Of a stretch of DNA of 64,000 nucleotides, positions 48,970-63,229 are shown piece by piece. Below the pieces are notes generated by a model. It searched no databases, was not told the DNA's origin, and saw only the letters and a list, made by a program, of their open reading frames with translations. A program made the position numbers and the translations under genes. Source of the stretch: Eledone cirrhosa (taxonomy: Eukaryota). Location of the stretch: the NCBI GenBank assembly GCA_964016885.1, contig OZ024750.1, forward strand, positions 50,530,001 to 50,594,000, read 5' to 3'. How positions within the stretch are numbered: position 1 is the first letter of the stretch; every line of letters begins with the position of its first letter.

Positions 48970-49395
48970 AAGACCTGACCTGGTGGTTGTGGACAAAGAA
49001 AAAAGATCGTGCCTGATTGTGGATGTGGCCTGCCCGTTCGACACGAGAGTGCAAGAGAAGGAGAGGGAGAAAATTAACCGATACCAGGACCTAAAGTGGG
49101 AGGTGAAAAGGAAAAGGAAAAGGAAAAAAGGGAAAAGGAAAAGGATTTGGAACTGCCATGAAGTCAAAGTGATCCCGATTGTCATAGGCGCACTGGGGAC
49201 TATCTCCAAAGGTTTCCAGGGATGGTTAAAGAAAATCGGCCCCTTCACGCTTTTTGGAACGCTTCAAAAGGCATGCTTGCTTGGAACGGCAAGAACCCTC
49301 CGATACGTCCTGAATATCTGAGGCTGCAGGTAGTGGCTTGATATTCAATCCAACGGACTTTCCAGTTAACCAACATCAATGACTGAGATTCAAGG
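48970..49395 (+). mobile_element. R4/Dong family B 3' fragment (RLE) in (TAA)n
   Basis: RPDLVVVD..LIVDVACPFD..KINRYQDL..IPIVIGALG; contains an internal AAAGG expansion. Confidence 0.9.
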
Positions 49396-49407
49396 AATAA
49401 CAATAAC

Positions 49408-49444
<37 letters not shown>

Positions 49445-49445
<1 letters not shown>

Positions 49446-50015
49446 CCTGCCCCATCAAAAGAATTGGTGGGAGCATCAACCACCTCCCATACTTGAAAAA
49501 GATCACATCTCAATCTTGTGGAACTTTAGCATCCAAACAGACCGAAAAATAGATGCAAATAGACCTGATATAATATTGAAGGACTTTCAAAGGAGGGTAT
49601 GCCTGCTAATTGATATGTCTGTTCCAATAGACAAGAATGTATCTATAAAAACATTTGAAAAATTGAGCAAGTATAAGGACCTGGAGATAGAAATTGGAAA
49701 AATGTGGAAATTGAGAACTAAAACAATACCAGTGGTTGTAGGCGCTCTGGGAATGATACCTAAGGGGTCTAACGACTACTTATCGCAAATCCCAGGAAAC
49801 CCGCATATAGGAGAAATACAAAAGATAGTACTAATGGGAACTGCCCATATACTAAGGAAGATCCTGTCAATATAAGTACATCACAAGTCTAAACACTAAG
49901 GATGCATGTGTGAATATGTGTGTTCTTTCTTGAACATGGCGGACCTTGTTGTCTCTTGAGGTCACTGGTTGTGACTTGGTGATAACTCGTATAAACATAA
50001 AGCAAGATAAATGCA
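49445..50015 (+). mobile_element. R4/Dong family A 3' fragment in (TAA)n
   Basis: WNFSIQTDRKIDANRPDII..IDMSVP..KYKDL; ~97% identical by eye to 54380-54952. Confidence 0.9.
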
Positions 50016-50030
50016 AATAATAATAATAAT

Positions 50031-50690
50031 AAGGGAAGAAGACGCACGAGGTGGTAGAAGGTCATGAAATCGCTCCCGTAAGTTTTTGATTTTTAACATA
50101 TTTAAATCAATTGTGAAATAACAATTCTTAGTACAAATGTTGCATAATCCACCGAGTCAAGTCCCATAAAATTTCGGATCCATATTATATTGTTATATCG
50201 CTCAAATATTCAATTTTGTATTATATATTTTGTATTCAAAAAAGAAAATGGTTATAAATGGAAGAAAACACCCTCTGTCTACACTATATAGAACAGCCAA
50301 ATAACAGCAATTGCACCAACACCAGAAACTTGATACACCACCTACCCCATCACACTAAATATAACAGCCAGATAACGGGAATTTCACCACCACCAATCCC
50401 AGCATCATAATAATAATTGCTATTATTATTGTCTCAAGTTTTAACAAAATGTTTAATTCCAATTTTACGGGAATATGTCAACACAATATATATCAAACAT
50501 ACGCGACACACACTCATATATACTACATATCACAAAACTCAGTAACGTCAACGCCACCGCCGCCACCACTCCATCCATCATTGCTACCACTATCCCATCA
50601 CCGCCGCGACCACTCCTTCATTGCTACCACCACTATTCCCCTGTTAACTTGAGAGAGAAAGGGGAAGGTGGCGGTATCACTAGACAAGGG
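50031..50690. repeat. ~660-bp non-coding unit duplicated at 55018-55712
   Basis: Both copies begin AAGGGAAGAAGACGCAC and are collinear, ~88% identical by eye over the first 250 bp. Confidence 0.85.
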
Positions 50691-51004
50691 AGAAGCTAGC
50701 AAAAGATATAAATAGATTGACTTAGTGACCTGGCCACCTGCCAAACGTCAACATCAACAACTATGGCACTGCTGGCTCACACCTTCCTCACCAACAACAT
50801 AAAAATCCCCAGCACCACCACCGACATAGCCAACAACAATAACAGGCAACTTCAGCAAAAAGTATATTATATTATTGTAATGCACTGGGTGATTGCTGGC
50901 CTTGTGCCTAGAGTGGAGACAATTATTAATAATTTCATTCTTAAGCCACGCAATGCTCACATTAAGGAACCACTCATGATAATAACAATTTTAAAAAAAA
51001 CAAC

Positions 51005-54000
51005 AAAAAGAAAACCCCGTGACCAAGAAATACCGGGATGGCGGCCGGCGGGGAATAGCCGTGTCTCTACGGGAGAACGACCCCCCTAGTCTTGGTTGAC
51101 ACTCGTTCTAGAAGTGGTAACACGAAATGATTACCCCTTGGCGGATAAGGATAAAACGCGACAAAATAAAGTAAATGTCTAATGATAAAATCTCATACCG
51201 GATCGGCCGTCACCCGGGTAAAAAAGGGCCACGTCCCTCAGAGAGGAACCAGACTGGGGTCGAAAAATCAGCTAATGGTTCAAACCTTCCCATCACTTCG
51301 GAGCTGGAGACCTCCCATAACCGGAATACTCCTACTTTGGCCCTCCATGCTCACCACCAAGAAATCCAAAGAAAAAGAGAGAAAAATGGTCAAGGGAAGA
51401 TAATAAAGAAGTCCTTGAGGCTTTCTACACTGCCATGTACTACCCATCAAATACATCGAATACAGAACAGACATATATCAACTGGAAAAAGAAACATCCC
51501 GAAAACAGAGGCTATATTGACAGTAACAAACTAGCCAATATACGAAGAAATATTGTAAGAAAAAAGTTACTAACTGATATAGAAATTGATCAGATCAAGC
51601 TATTAGCACAAAGTCAGCGAAGGGAAAATGAAACATGTGTCAGTGAAAACGAGGTAAATTGTAACACTTCGAATCCCAGGGTTGGGGCGGAATCACTGGC
51701 AACAGAACAAATTAAAGAAAGGATCGAAAAAGTGGAGGGAGTGCATGCTCAAGATGAAACTCCAAATGAAAATAATGAGATCGTAAATGATAAAGAAATG
51801 AATGAGAATGAACTTGCCAACTTGAAGGATGAAATTATGATCGAATGGATGAAAATGAAAGAATCTGACATGGGGCAACGAGACACCCTCACTAAGATCC
51901 AGAACTCCAAACAGAACCAAAAGATAATACACAAGACTAACATAATTCTCAAAAACATTATCATCACAAACCAACTAAACATTACTGATTTAAATCATCT
52001 CTATTATGCATCGGCTAAAGTCACCACTCACTTATGTGGTGTGAAGATGAAAAAACAAAGGAATTCCCACAAGAAATCTACTTGGCAAGAGAACATCAAT
52101 CGCCAAATAAACCTTCTCCGATCTGACATAGAAATGTTAACAAACTATAAAGTAGGTGAACATGTTAAACAAACTAAACTTAGAAAATTGAAAAAAAAGT
52201 ACAGTATAAAATCAACAAGTGACATAGACATGCTGATAGAAATAATCAAACAAGAAGTGTCGGCCAAAGCTGCTCGTATAAGGCGCTTTGAAAAACGATC
52301 TAGATTCTATAAAGACAATAATATATATATTCAAAAACAACCAAAGAAACTTCTACAGAAAAATTGGTAAGTCAACAATAACTGCTAAATCAATACCACC
52401 CAAGGAGGAAGTGCAAGAATTCTGGGAAAAGATCTGGGCCGAAGAAAAAGTTCATAACATACAAGCCCCATGGATAGACAGACAAATGGAAGATACAGCT
52501 CACCTTGAGGAACACATATGGAAAAATATAACAGTTGAACAGTTGCGCTTGGCTCTAAGAAAAACCAGCAAATGGAAATCCCCAGGAAAAGACAAAATAC
52601 AAAACTTTTGGATAAATGCCTTCACAGAGCCTCATGAGCTGTTAGCCCAACTTTACAATGAAATAGTTAAGGAGCCAGAAAAGATACCATCATGGCTAGT
52701 TAATGGCATTACATTCCTGCTTCCGAAGAATGATGAGACAAACAATCCCAAAAATTACAGACCGATAACTTGCTTGACCACAATGTATAACATTTTAACA
52801 TCAGTCCTAACTGAATACACATATGACCACCTGATAACAAATGACCTATTTCCCATTGAACAGAAAGGGTGTAAACGAGGCTCATGTGGCTGTAAGGATC
52901 AGCTTCTGGTTAACAAAATGATACTGGAAGATTGTCATAATAGACACAAAAATCTATCGATTGCTTGGATAGATTATAAAAAAGCATTCGATAGTTTGCC
53001 ACACAGTTGGATTGAAAAATGTTTAGAGATTTTCAAAATATCCCCCGTTGTCAGGAGGTTTTTGTCATTCAGTATGAAGACATGGAAAACGACACTCCTT
53101 TTGAATAGTGAAACAAAATCACTGGAAGCTGGAGAAGTTAATATTAATTGTGGAATTTTTCAGGGTGGCTCTTTATCACCGCTTTTATTCTGCATCGCAT
53201 TTATACCATTAAGTAAAATGCTCAATGAAACAAAACATGGATATAAAGTCTATGACAAAACCATTAATCACTTGTTCTACATGGATGACCTGAAACTATT
53301 TGCAAAAAATGATGAACAATTGCAAGGGCTATTATCCACTGTGGAGCAGTTCAGTGATGACATTAAAATGGAGTTTGGACTAGACAAATGCGCCAAAGCA
53401 ACGTTCACCAGAGGAAAGCTGCTGAAGAGTTCAGACATTAATCTTGACCGGGGGAACGTGATAAGAGAACTTGATCAAGAAAAAACTTACAAATATCTAG
53501 GTGTTTGTGAAGGAGACGGAATCAAGCACTCGACAATGAGGGAAAGGATAAGGAAGGAATGTTACCGCAGAGTAAGAGCAATCTTAAGAACGGAATTGAA
53601 TGCAAGGAATAGGATCGATGCCATAAACACGCTTGCCATACCAGTAGTAACCTACAATTACAATGTCATCAACTGGTCAAGCACAGAGATCCGTAGGCTC
53701 GATACAAAAATTCGAAAACTCTTAACCATGCACAGAATGCATCACCCTAAGGCAGATATAGATAGAATATATCTCCCTAGGAAAGAAGGAGGACGTGGGT
53801 TAATCCAGTTAGACATTGCGTTGAAAACTGCAACAATTGGATTATCTACATATCTAAGAGAATCACATGATTGGATGATCAAACTCGTTTTGAAACACGA
53901 AAGCATCAAAAGATCATATTCCATTACAAAAGATCCACAAAGATACAGTAATGGCTTACTAATTTCAGAAGTCCCATTTACTGCTGAAATGGAAAACACA

Positions 54001-54952
54001 GAAAAAGCAAAGCAGGTAAAAGTAACTGCAAAGAAAGAACTGCTACAGAAACTGGCTAAGAAATGGCAAGAAAAGCCTCTGTATGGAAAATACCCAGAGC
54101 GAGCTAACAATCCTGATGTTGACAAAACTTTAACCCATCAGTGGTTGGCATCCTCTGGACTGAAATCGGAGACTGAAGGACTGATTATATCTGCCAACAA
54201 AACATTACCAAGCCAACATAATAAAAAATGGATGCAGCCCATTATGCCGTGTATGCAAAAAACAACCAGAGACCATTGACCATATAATTTCAATGTGCAG
54301 TCTAATAGCTCCAACCGAACACCTAAACAGGCATGACAGAGCTGCACAATACATACATTGGATAATGTGTAAGCATTTTGACCTGCCCCATCAAAAGAAT
54401 TGGTGGGAGCATCAACCACCTCCCATACTTGAAAAAGATCACATCTCAATCTTGTGGAACTTTAGCATCCAAACAGACCGAAAAATAGATGCAAATAGAC
54501 CTGACATAATATTGAAGGACTTCAAAAAGAGGGTATGCCTGCTAATTGATATGTCTGTTCCAATAGACAAGAATGTATCTATAAAAAACATTTGAAAAAT
54601 TGAGCAAGTGTAAGGACCTGAAGATAGAAATTGGAAAAATGTGGAAACTGAGAACTAAAACAATACCGGTGGTTGTAGGCGCTCTGGGAATGATACCTAA
54701 GGGGTCTAATGACTACTTATCGCAAATCCCAGGAAACCCGCGTATAGGAGAAATACAAAAGATAGTACTAATGGGAACTGCCCATATACTAAGGAAGATT
54801 CTGTCAATATAAGTACATCACAAGTCTAAACACTAAAGATGCATGTGTGAGTATGTATGTTCTTTCTTGAACATGGCGGACCTTGTTGTCTCTTGAGGTC
54901 ACTTGTTGTGACTTGGTGATAACTCGTATGAACATAAAGCAAGATAAATGCA
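51005..54952 (+). mobile_element. Near-full-length R4/Dong family A non-LTR retrotransposon (RT, zinc finger, RLE), few frameshifts
   Basis: KWKSPGKD, NYRPITCL, QKGC, WIDYKKAFDS, GIFQG.SLSPLLF, FYMDD, YKYLG, EGGRGL, RHD, RPD..D..K; (TAA)n tail. Confidence 0.92.
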
Positions 54953-54956
54953 ACTG

Positions 54957-54996
<40 letters not shown>

Positions 54997-56379
54997 AATA
55001 ATATTAATAATAATAATAAGGGAAGAAGACGCACATGGTGGATCGAAGGTCGTGAAATCGCTCCCGTAAGTTTTGAATTTTAACATATTTAAATCAATTG
55101 TGAAATAACAATTCTGAGTACAAATGATACATAAAACATCCGGCTTGAGTCCCAAAACAATTCGGATCCATAATATATTGTTATATCGCTCAAATATTCA
55201 ATTTTGTATTATACATTTTATATTAAAAAAAGATAATGGTTATACATGGAAGAAAACCCCCTCTGTCTACACTATATAGAACAGCCAAATAACAGCAATT
55301 TCACCAACACCAGAAACTAGATACACCACCTACCCCATGACCCCTCTGTGTACACTAAACACATCAGCCAGATAACGGCAATTTCACCACCACCAATCTC
55401 AGCATAATAATAGTAATTACTATTATTATTGTCTCAAGTTTTAACAAAATGTTTAATTCCAATATTAAGGGAATATGTCAACACATATACGCGACTAACT
55501 TCATAGATTCACCGATCAAACAAAAATACAGTTCATTCAACAAAACTCAGTAACGACAACGCCATCACTACAGTCACCGCCACCGCCGCCCATGCATCAT
55601 TACTACCACTACCCCATCACCGCCGCCACCACTCCTTCATTTCTACCACCGCTATCCCCCCATTAACTTCTGTTAATTTACGAAAGGGGAAGATGGCGGT
55701 ATCAGTAGACAATATTAATAAACAAGATTAATATTTAATTTTGGATCAGGAATGTTAGAGTCGAAAAGGAGGAACATGACACAATGACTAAATAACTAAA
55801 GATAATTTCACCTCCAACACCACCACCACCTCTACCACGATGAAAACTCTGGTCAAGTCGACTCAACCGCTATTTCTACTCCGACTTCAACACCATCACT
55901 ACAGTAATACGACCACATCACCACCACCACTGCCTAATAATGATTTATCGCTATCGCCTTATTCTCTCCCACTACCTCCTGCTGGTTGCTGCTAGCACAG
56001 CACCACCACCACCACCACTGCCTCATTATCACTACCGCCGCTATTCTCTCCCGCTACCCCCTGCTACATCGTAGAACCCCCACTAAAAGAGGAAGGCATC
56101 AAAATATATAAATAGACTGAATTGATGACCCGGTCAAAATCAAAAAAACAAAAATCAAAATCAAAGCAGCACAGCAACAACGAAAAACGTAAAGAAAAGA
56201 AAAAGGAAGAGAAAAACAAACAGATGGACAGAGAAGAGAAGGGAAAAACTAAGTCAGACATTCAAACATTACATTACACTGAAACTTATGCTTATTCATT
56301 TTTTTTTTTTGGGGGGGGGGGGGGGGTTCCTGTTTGTTTATTTGTTTATTTATGTTCGTCTACAGCGTGATAATGCCAC

Positions 56380-59300
56380 ACAAAAGTCACGTGGAGTGAC
56401 GAAACCACCGGAGACAAGTAATTCACCGGTGGTTATGTAACCATACATTCGCCAATCCTCGATAAGAGTGTTTAAACAGTTCGAATAACGGTGAAATGGA
56501 GACTAGAATGTCATGTGACAGACTCTCACCCAACAGGTGCTCCCTGGCTCAGCAGCAGGGACCTGGCTGTCAACCAAATACTGCTGGTGTCGGAGGAAGA
56601 AGAAGAAGGAAAGGGACCAGAACCAACTGGACGAAATAATTGAATAGAACTGTTATGCAATGTTACCTGAAGAGTAACCCCAAGGAGAAAGGCTATAGGA
56701 AACGGATGCATAACATCTGGAACGAGATTGGACTATTTAAATTAGATGAACAAAAATTGGCCGGGCAGGCTCGGGTAATAAGAACTAATGGGTGGATAAG
56801 CGAGCTGGAACTGGAGGAACTGATCAGAGAGATTAGGTTGGAAATAGAGAGTGGAGTATGCCAGGCAAATGAGCCAGTGGGAAATGAAGGTGAAGAGGTT
56901 GAGAGAACGGCGGAACCATCCAAAGCAGACAATGATCTGAATACTGAGATAAATAATACCTGGAACAAAGATACGGCCACTGAGGAGTGGAATGTTGATG
57001 GGCTAGGACAAGATTTGGTTGATATCCTAAACTTAGTGGTAGATGAATTGAACAATGATAGTGGGAGACCTATGAACCTAAGATTTGTAGACACGAACAA
57101 GTTAAAAGAAACAACAGCTATGGTAAACAAAGTCATTCCATACCTGGAGGCGAGGAGCCTTCACCAGTGCAACAATATCCTCAAAGCAACAGCAAATACG
57201 GTGAGGAAACTACTTGGTATAAAAGCGAGAGGACACAGTAGACAACAAAGAGCAGAGCCTTGGTGGAAGAAACGACTGAGTGGTCAAATCAGGGAAATGA
57301 GAAATGACATTGGAAAGCTTGAGTCCCTACTGAATAGGAAACTAAAAAAAATAGACACTAAAAATAGACTGGAAATAATGTACAAAACTAGGAAGAAAAA
57401 GCTAAATATTATCATAGAGGAACTGAAGCAACGCATTGTAGCAAAGAGTGCAAAAATCAGGCGATACAAGAACAGAGTCAGCCAGTATAGACAGAACCGC
57501 ATGTTCGTCAACAACCAGAAGATGCTGTTTGGACAGCTTGAAGGGAAAGAAAGAGGCAACGACTTGATCCCTGAGGCGGAACAAACTAAAACATTCTGGA
57601 GAGGAATATGGGAGCAGGATGTTAAATATAATGACCAGGCAGTGTGGATTGAGACAGTACAGAAGGAGATTAGTGAACAGGCACACTAACAAACTTATTT
57701 GAGTATCACAGTTGAAACTCTTAAAGGGCAGGCCAAAAAACTAACCAACTGGAAATCACCAGGCCCAGATGGTGTGCAGGGGTATTGGATTAAAAATATA
57801 ACATCCCTCCACCCAAAACTGACAACCATGTTCAATGACTGCTTGATGTCAGGTGAGGTACCAGAGTGGTTGACAAAAGGTACCACAGTTCTGATAATGA
57901 AAGACCGAATCAAGGGTAATGATGTTACCAACTATAGACCTATCACATGCCTGTCCGTAATGTGGAAACTGTTGACAAGCATTATGTCTGAGGAAATCTA
58001 TCATCACTTCCACACAAACAACTTGTTACCGGTCGAACAGAAAGGATGCCGAAAGAAGTCACGTGGTAAAAAGGACCGGTTACTTATTGATAAGATGGTA
58101 ATGAGGAATTGCAAGAGGAGACACACTGGTCTTGCCATGGGATGGATAGACTACAAAAAGGCATTTGATATGGTGCCGCATTCTTGGATCACCAAAAGCC
58201 TGGAGATCTTCAAGGTGGCAGATAACATCAGACAGTTGTTGGACAAAAGTATGAAGTCCTGGGAAACAGAGTTAACATCAACTGGAGAATCCTTGGGAAG
58301 CGCGTGAAGATCAAGAGAGGTATCTTCCAGGGAGATAGACTGTCCCCTCTGTTGTTTGTCATTGCCCTGATGCCCCTGACCAGTGTACTGCGAAAAGTGA
58401 GAGCAGGATACAGGTTGGGAAAGGGAGGGCTTACCATCAATCAACTCCACTTCATGGACGATCTTAAGCTCTTCGGGAAGAGTGAGAAGGAGTTGGATGT
58501 GCTTGTTGACACTGTCCGTATTTTCAGCAATGATATATGTATGCAATTTGGTATTAGTAAGTGTGGAGTCATGGTGATGAAGAGGGGTAAGTTGAGCAGA
58601 AGTAACGGAATCCAGGTACCAACAGGTGAGATGATAAAGGAAATTGACTCTGAAGAAGGATACAATTATTTGGGCGTTCTGGAGGCTGATGACATCAAGA
58701 ACAAAACAATATAGGAATTGATAAGAACTGAATACATTCGGAGAGTAAGGAGCGTATTAAAGTCATATCTGAACAGTAGCAATGCCATAAGTGCAGTAAA
58801 TTCCCGAGCTGTGTCTATTATTAGGTACAGTGCGGGAATTCTGAGATGGAATGTTGCTGAACAGAAAGAAATGGATAGGAAGACTAGGAAGCTATTGACT
58901 GTCTACAACATGTTCCACAAGAGGAGTGATGTCGATAGACTCTACATAAGGAGATCTGAGGGTGGAAGAGGTCTTATCAGCATAGAGGACTGTGTTCAGA
59001 TGGAGAAAAACAACCTACACAAATACGTGACTGATAGTAAGGAGCCAATGCTCAGAACTGTACTGAAGGAGGGGACAATAGGCCAGGGGATGTCCAAGAA
59101 GGAAATAACATCAAGGAGAAAGAGCAGCCTTCAGAAAAAATCCCTTCATATTACCTTCTTTGAGAAAACTAAATTTAGAGATCCACAGACATGGAACTGG
59201 TTGAAAAGAGGAGACCTTAAAATGGCTACAGAAGGAATGTTAATGGCTGCGCAGGAGCAGGCCCTCAAAACGAAGTGGTTGAAACACCATATTTACAAGG

Positions 59301-59965
59301 AGGAGGCTAGCCCACTGTGCAGGATCTGTGGAGAGAGAGAGGAGACTGTGGCTCACATTGTATCCGAGTGTAAACACCTAGCCCAGACTCACTATAAGGG
59401 CTGGAGACATGATGTGATGGGCAGGGTGATCCACTGGCACCTATGCGAAGTAAACAATTTACTACATTCTGAGAAGTGGTATGAGCATAAGCCAGAAGCG
59501 GTGATAGAAAACGATCAGGTGAAGGTGCTGTGGGATTTTAGGATACAGGCGGACAAGAAACTGGAACACAATAGACCTGACCTCGTGGTTGTGGACAAAT
59601 AAAAAAGATCGTTCCTGATTGTGGATGTGGCCTGCCCATTGGACACGAGAGTGGAAGAGAAGGAGAGGGAGAAAATTAACCGATACCAGGAATTAAAGTG
59701 GGAGGTAAAAAGGATTTGGAACTGCCATGAAGTCAACGTGATCCCGATTGTCATAGGCGCACTAGGGTCTATCTCAAAAGGTTTCCAGGGATGGTAAAAG
59801 AAAATTGGCCCCTTCATGCTTTTTGGAACGCTTCAAAAGGCATGCTTGCTGGGAACAACAAGAACCCTCCGATACGTCCTGAATATCTGAGGCTGCAGGT
59901 AGTGGCTTGATATTCATTTCAACAAACTTTCTAGTTAACTAACATCAATGACTGAGACTCAAAGA
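56380..59965 (+). mobile_element. Near-full-length R4/Dong family B element; ORF from ATG 56496 to 59890 with several stops and frameshifts
   Basis: RTNWTK*LNRTVMQCY N-terminus, RT motifs, CRICGEREETVAHIVSEC, RHD, RPD-type RLE; (TAA/CAA)n tail. Confidence 0.92.
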
Positions 59966-60004
59966 GTAATAACAACAATAATAATAATAATAATAATGAT
60001 GATT

Positions 60005-61290
60005 TATTTATTGGCCACAATGGCTGACATCAAGAAAAACATCACAGACGGAACAGGACGGTACGATGTGGGTTCTGTGCGTGTAAAGATTTTTATTATT
60101 TATATAAGAAAAGAAAAAGAAAAAGACAGAAACATATATATATATAAACAATAAAAACGAAGATTGAAACAATGAAAAATTCCCCAATAGGGGGTAACCT
60201 GCGAGGGTTAGACGTGGCGAAAACCACACAAAATACTACGGCCACCCTGACCACCAGAGCAAGCGCCCTCTCTCAATTTTTCCATTTCTCAAACTACAGG
60301 CGTATATTCATAGCCGTCCTGTTCACTCGGGCCATTCTTGTTACATTCACCCACCTTTCAACAAACTTGCTAGAAGGCAGCACTTGCCTCTCCACCCTCA
60401 TTTTCCCCTTCAAGTGAAACTTGGAAAGGTTAATTAGGGATTCGCCGAAGAGGATAGTGTCTGTCTTTAACCCTTTCAATCTTGTCCACCATACAATCTC
60501 TTTCGCCATGGCAACCAGGCAGATGAAATCTGCCTGCCATTCCTCCTCCTTAAAGGAGGACGGCGGGGCTTTCTGCGCAATGGACTGAGTCGATAATCGG
60601 ATTCGTCTAAAAAGTCATAGCAAATGTTCGACATAGCTCGATAAGTCAGCAATGCTCGGAAACTGAACGAGTGCATGCACAACGATTTCGTCACTCTGTG
60701 CGTATCTCGAACAGGTTCGGCTGACGGCACTTTCGTGCCTGTAGAGCTTATCTCGAACTGGCAACACTCCCTGGTAGCACTGCCAGGCCAGGGATTGCTG
60801 GAGGTTGTCCATAGGCCCCGGGCTGAAAGTTCTCTTGAAGAGAGCTAACAGCTTATCAGCGTCGCAACCCAGGGTCCCCCCGAGAATGTCGTCGCTCTTC
60901 CCCTCCACTAGTCCTCTACAGAAAGCCGAGGTGGATTTTTCACCGTTACTAGTGCCCAGCTGGTAGAAGGCTGTGAGCGCTTAGAGACATTGCAGCTTCC
61001 AAGTGTTATCCCTCGGTCTTTTCCTGATCCTAGACTGCAAATCCGTTAATGAGACGAGCTGGGGAAAAAGACGTCTGTCAAACGGTGGCCACACCTGTTC
61101 ACCCTCAAGGAAGCACCAGAGATGTCGCAGCCTCAGCGCGTGTTTGCGCATCATGAGGCACGGCATGCCCAGCCCTCCACGCAACGGGTGTTGACAGCAG
61201 ATGGATCGTCTGACCATGGGAGCACGTCCCTTCTATAAAAAGCGGAAGAGGAGGCGCTCCATTTTTGTCAGAAAGGCGTGCTCCATCATC
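60005..61290 (-). mobile_element. L1/Tx1 3' fragment inserted tail-to-tail in the Dong B (TAA)n tail
   Basis: CCQHPLRGGLG, MDNLQQSLAWQC, KEIVWWTRLKG; 3' end TTGTGGCCAATAAA. Confidence 0.9.
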
Positions 61291-62583
61291 CACGTTTCAA
61301 ACAATATATTATACACAAAACGCCAGCATCAACAGTTTTCCAAAGATGTCAACATTCATGGACCTGTTATTTTTCTCTAAAAATGTGTTTTCACATTCCA
61401 GCCCCGCCCGTTGCCTCATTGTTTCTAATTTCTCCTTATTTCTTCGGATGAATAGACTAGCGTCCTAAATTTTAAGTCCCTATTCCTGCTATTTCAAGCG
61501 TTAAACTAATACATTCCTTATGTGTCACTAGGTGGTTTCTTGTTCTATCACTGTGTGTCTTTTGTGTTTTATTAATTTGGTTCTTGTGTGTCTCTGTATA
61601 ATTTTAACGTCCTTAATTACTAGTTGTGATGTTTCTAGTCCACTAATGTTTGTTTAATTTTTGTTGGAGTTCGTTTTATGTGTCGCTTCTGTATTATGTC
61701 GTAGTATTGTGCCCATGTGTCCTTTTGGCATGCTGAGGAGTTTTTCCCAACTTGGAGCCCTTGACAGTGTGTATTTAATCCTTCTCCTGTGCTACAGGTT
61801 GTCTCACCTATGCGAGTTGAATTCTTATTCCTACACTGTCCGCCAGTCCATCATAGCCTATATACTACGTTCCGAGATCTACAATTAATTTGTTGACTTA
61901 ATTTGCAGACTATGCATTTCCTATCAGGGCAGGGTTTTTTCCCCAAAATGAGAAAGACAAAATAACAAATTAGTCAACGAGAAGGTCACAGAATGTGTGA
62001 AAAAGTTCATTGATAATAAATAAACAACCAACCGGTTATTATACTAACCAACTGGAAATGTGTAATAAATCGAAGTGAAAACCAACAGGTACGTGTGTTT
62101 TTATTGGCAGCATGACCCGCCCAAAGCATAACAATATCTGCTTCAACACACGTTTTCAGATAAGAAATCTTGCAAAACAAACACAAAAATGAAGTGGATA
62201 TATATTATCGGAATATTTTATACTAGCAGAGAAACTTTCCATGCTGTCAGCTTTCGCATTTCTGTGTATATGTTTTAGTAACTCACTGTATTTTGTAGCA
62301 GACGATATTCAATTGGCGTCAGACGCCATATTTGATATATTCAGGTGAATATGGCCAGACTCAACTCAAACTTGCTAACCTATATTTCATGAAATATAGG
62401 TTATTATCTTGAAATACAGGTTAATGAATTCAGGTTCAGGAAGGCAGTGAATATTTATATATATATAGAGAGAGAGAGAGAAAATTGAGGTTGGTAATGG
62501 CACATGGAATATATAAGAGACAGAATACTTTTTTGTGAAAAAACATATAATTTTATAAGGTAAGGAAATAATAAAGAGTATAA

Positions 62584-62631
62584 AAAATGACCGGTTTCGA
62601 TGGGTCTGCAAAAGCCATCTTTTCAAATGTT
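62584..62631 (-). ncRNA. Minimal hammerhead, U3-A8 variant, in a solitary pLTR-like segment (~62480-62880)
   Basis: Minus strand: AACAT-TTGAAAA-GATGG(11 nt)CCATC-GAAA-CCGG-TC-ATTTT. Core and stem III match those at 344-381. Confidence 0.7.
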
Positions 62632-63002
62632 GATTAATATTAAGAAAAATTAATAATAAGAAGAGTTAAAATTTGAGATTTGAAAATTCAAGTATACAAT
62701 TCATTGTGGTCTTTAATAGTTTTCATCTTGGTAGCAGCTCGTTTAGCAGCTCGTTGACTGCTGGGTGCCTTTCTGGTAGTGAATAAGAAGTTATTTGGCG
62801 GTGTGGGTTATTTTATAAAGGTCAAATTTAGCAATGGCCAGATGGCCAGCTGCTGGTCAGTGAGTGGGTGGAAGCAATATACATACATATATCTTCCTGT
62901 GGTAGGTAGGAGAGGGGAGATTGATAGAAAGGGATTTAGTGCACTTACACCTATATATACACACATACCTTCATCCACACATACATACATATACATATAC
63001 AT

Positions 63003-63052
<50 letters not shown>

Positions 63053-63198
63053 ATACATATACACACGTACATACACACACACATACATATATATACACAC
63101 ACACACATACACACACACATATATGCACATACACACACATATATATATATACACACACACACATATATATATATACATACACATACATCCAGATACAC

Positions 63199-63229
<31 letters not shown>

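Noticed and set aside
48739-49248. Antisense or overlapping ORFs across LINE and Dong coding regions
   Set aside because: Shadow ORFs of the retroelement frames with no recognisable motifs.
56446-56498. HDV-like ribozyme around TCCTCG
   Set aside because: Could not build P1, P1.1 (GG) or a convincing P3 and catalytic C by eye.
61300-62460. Possible additional host exons
   Set aside because: No consistent splice-flanked open frames or recognisable motifs found by eye.
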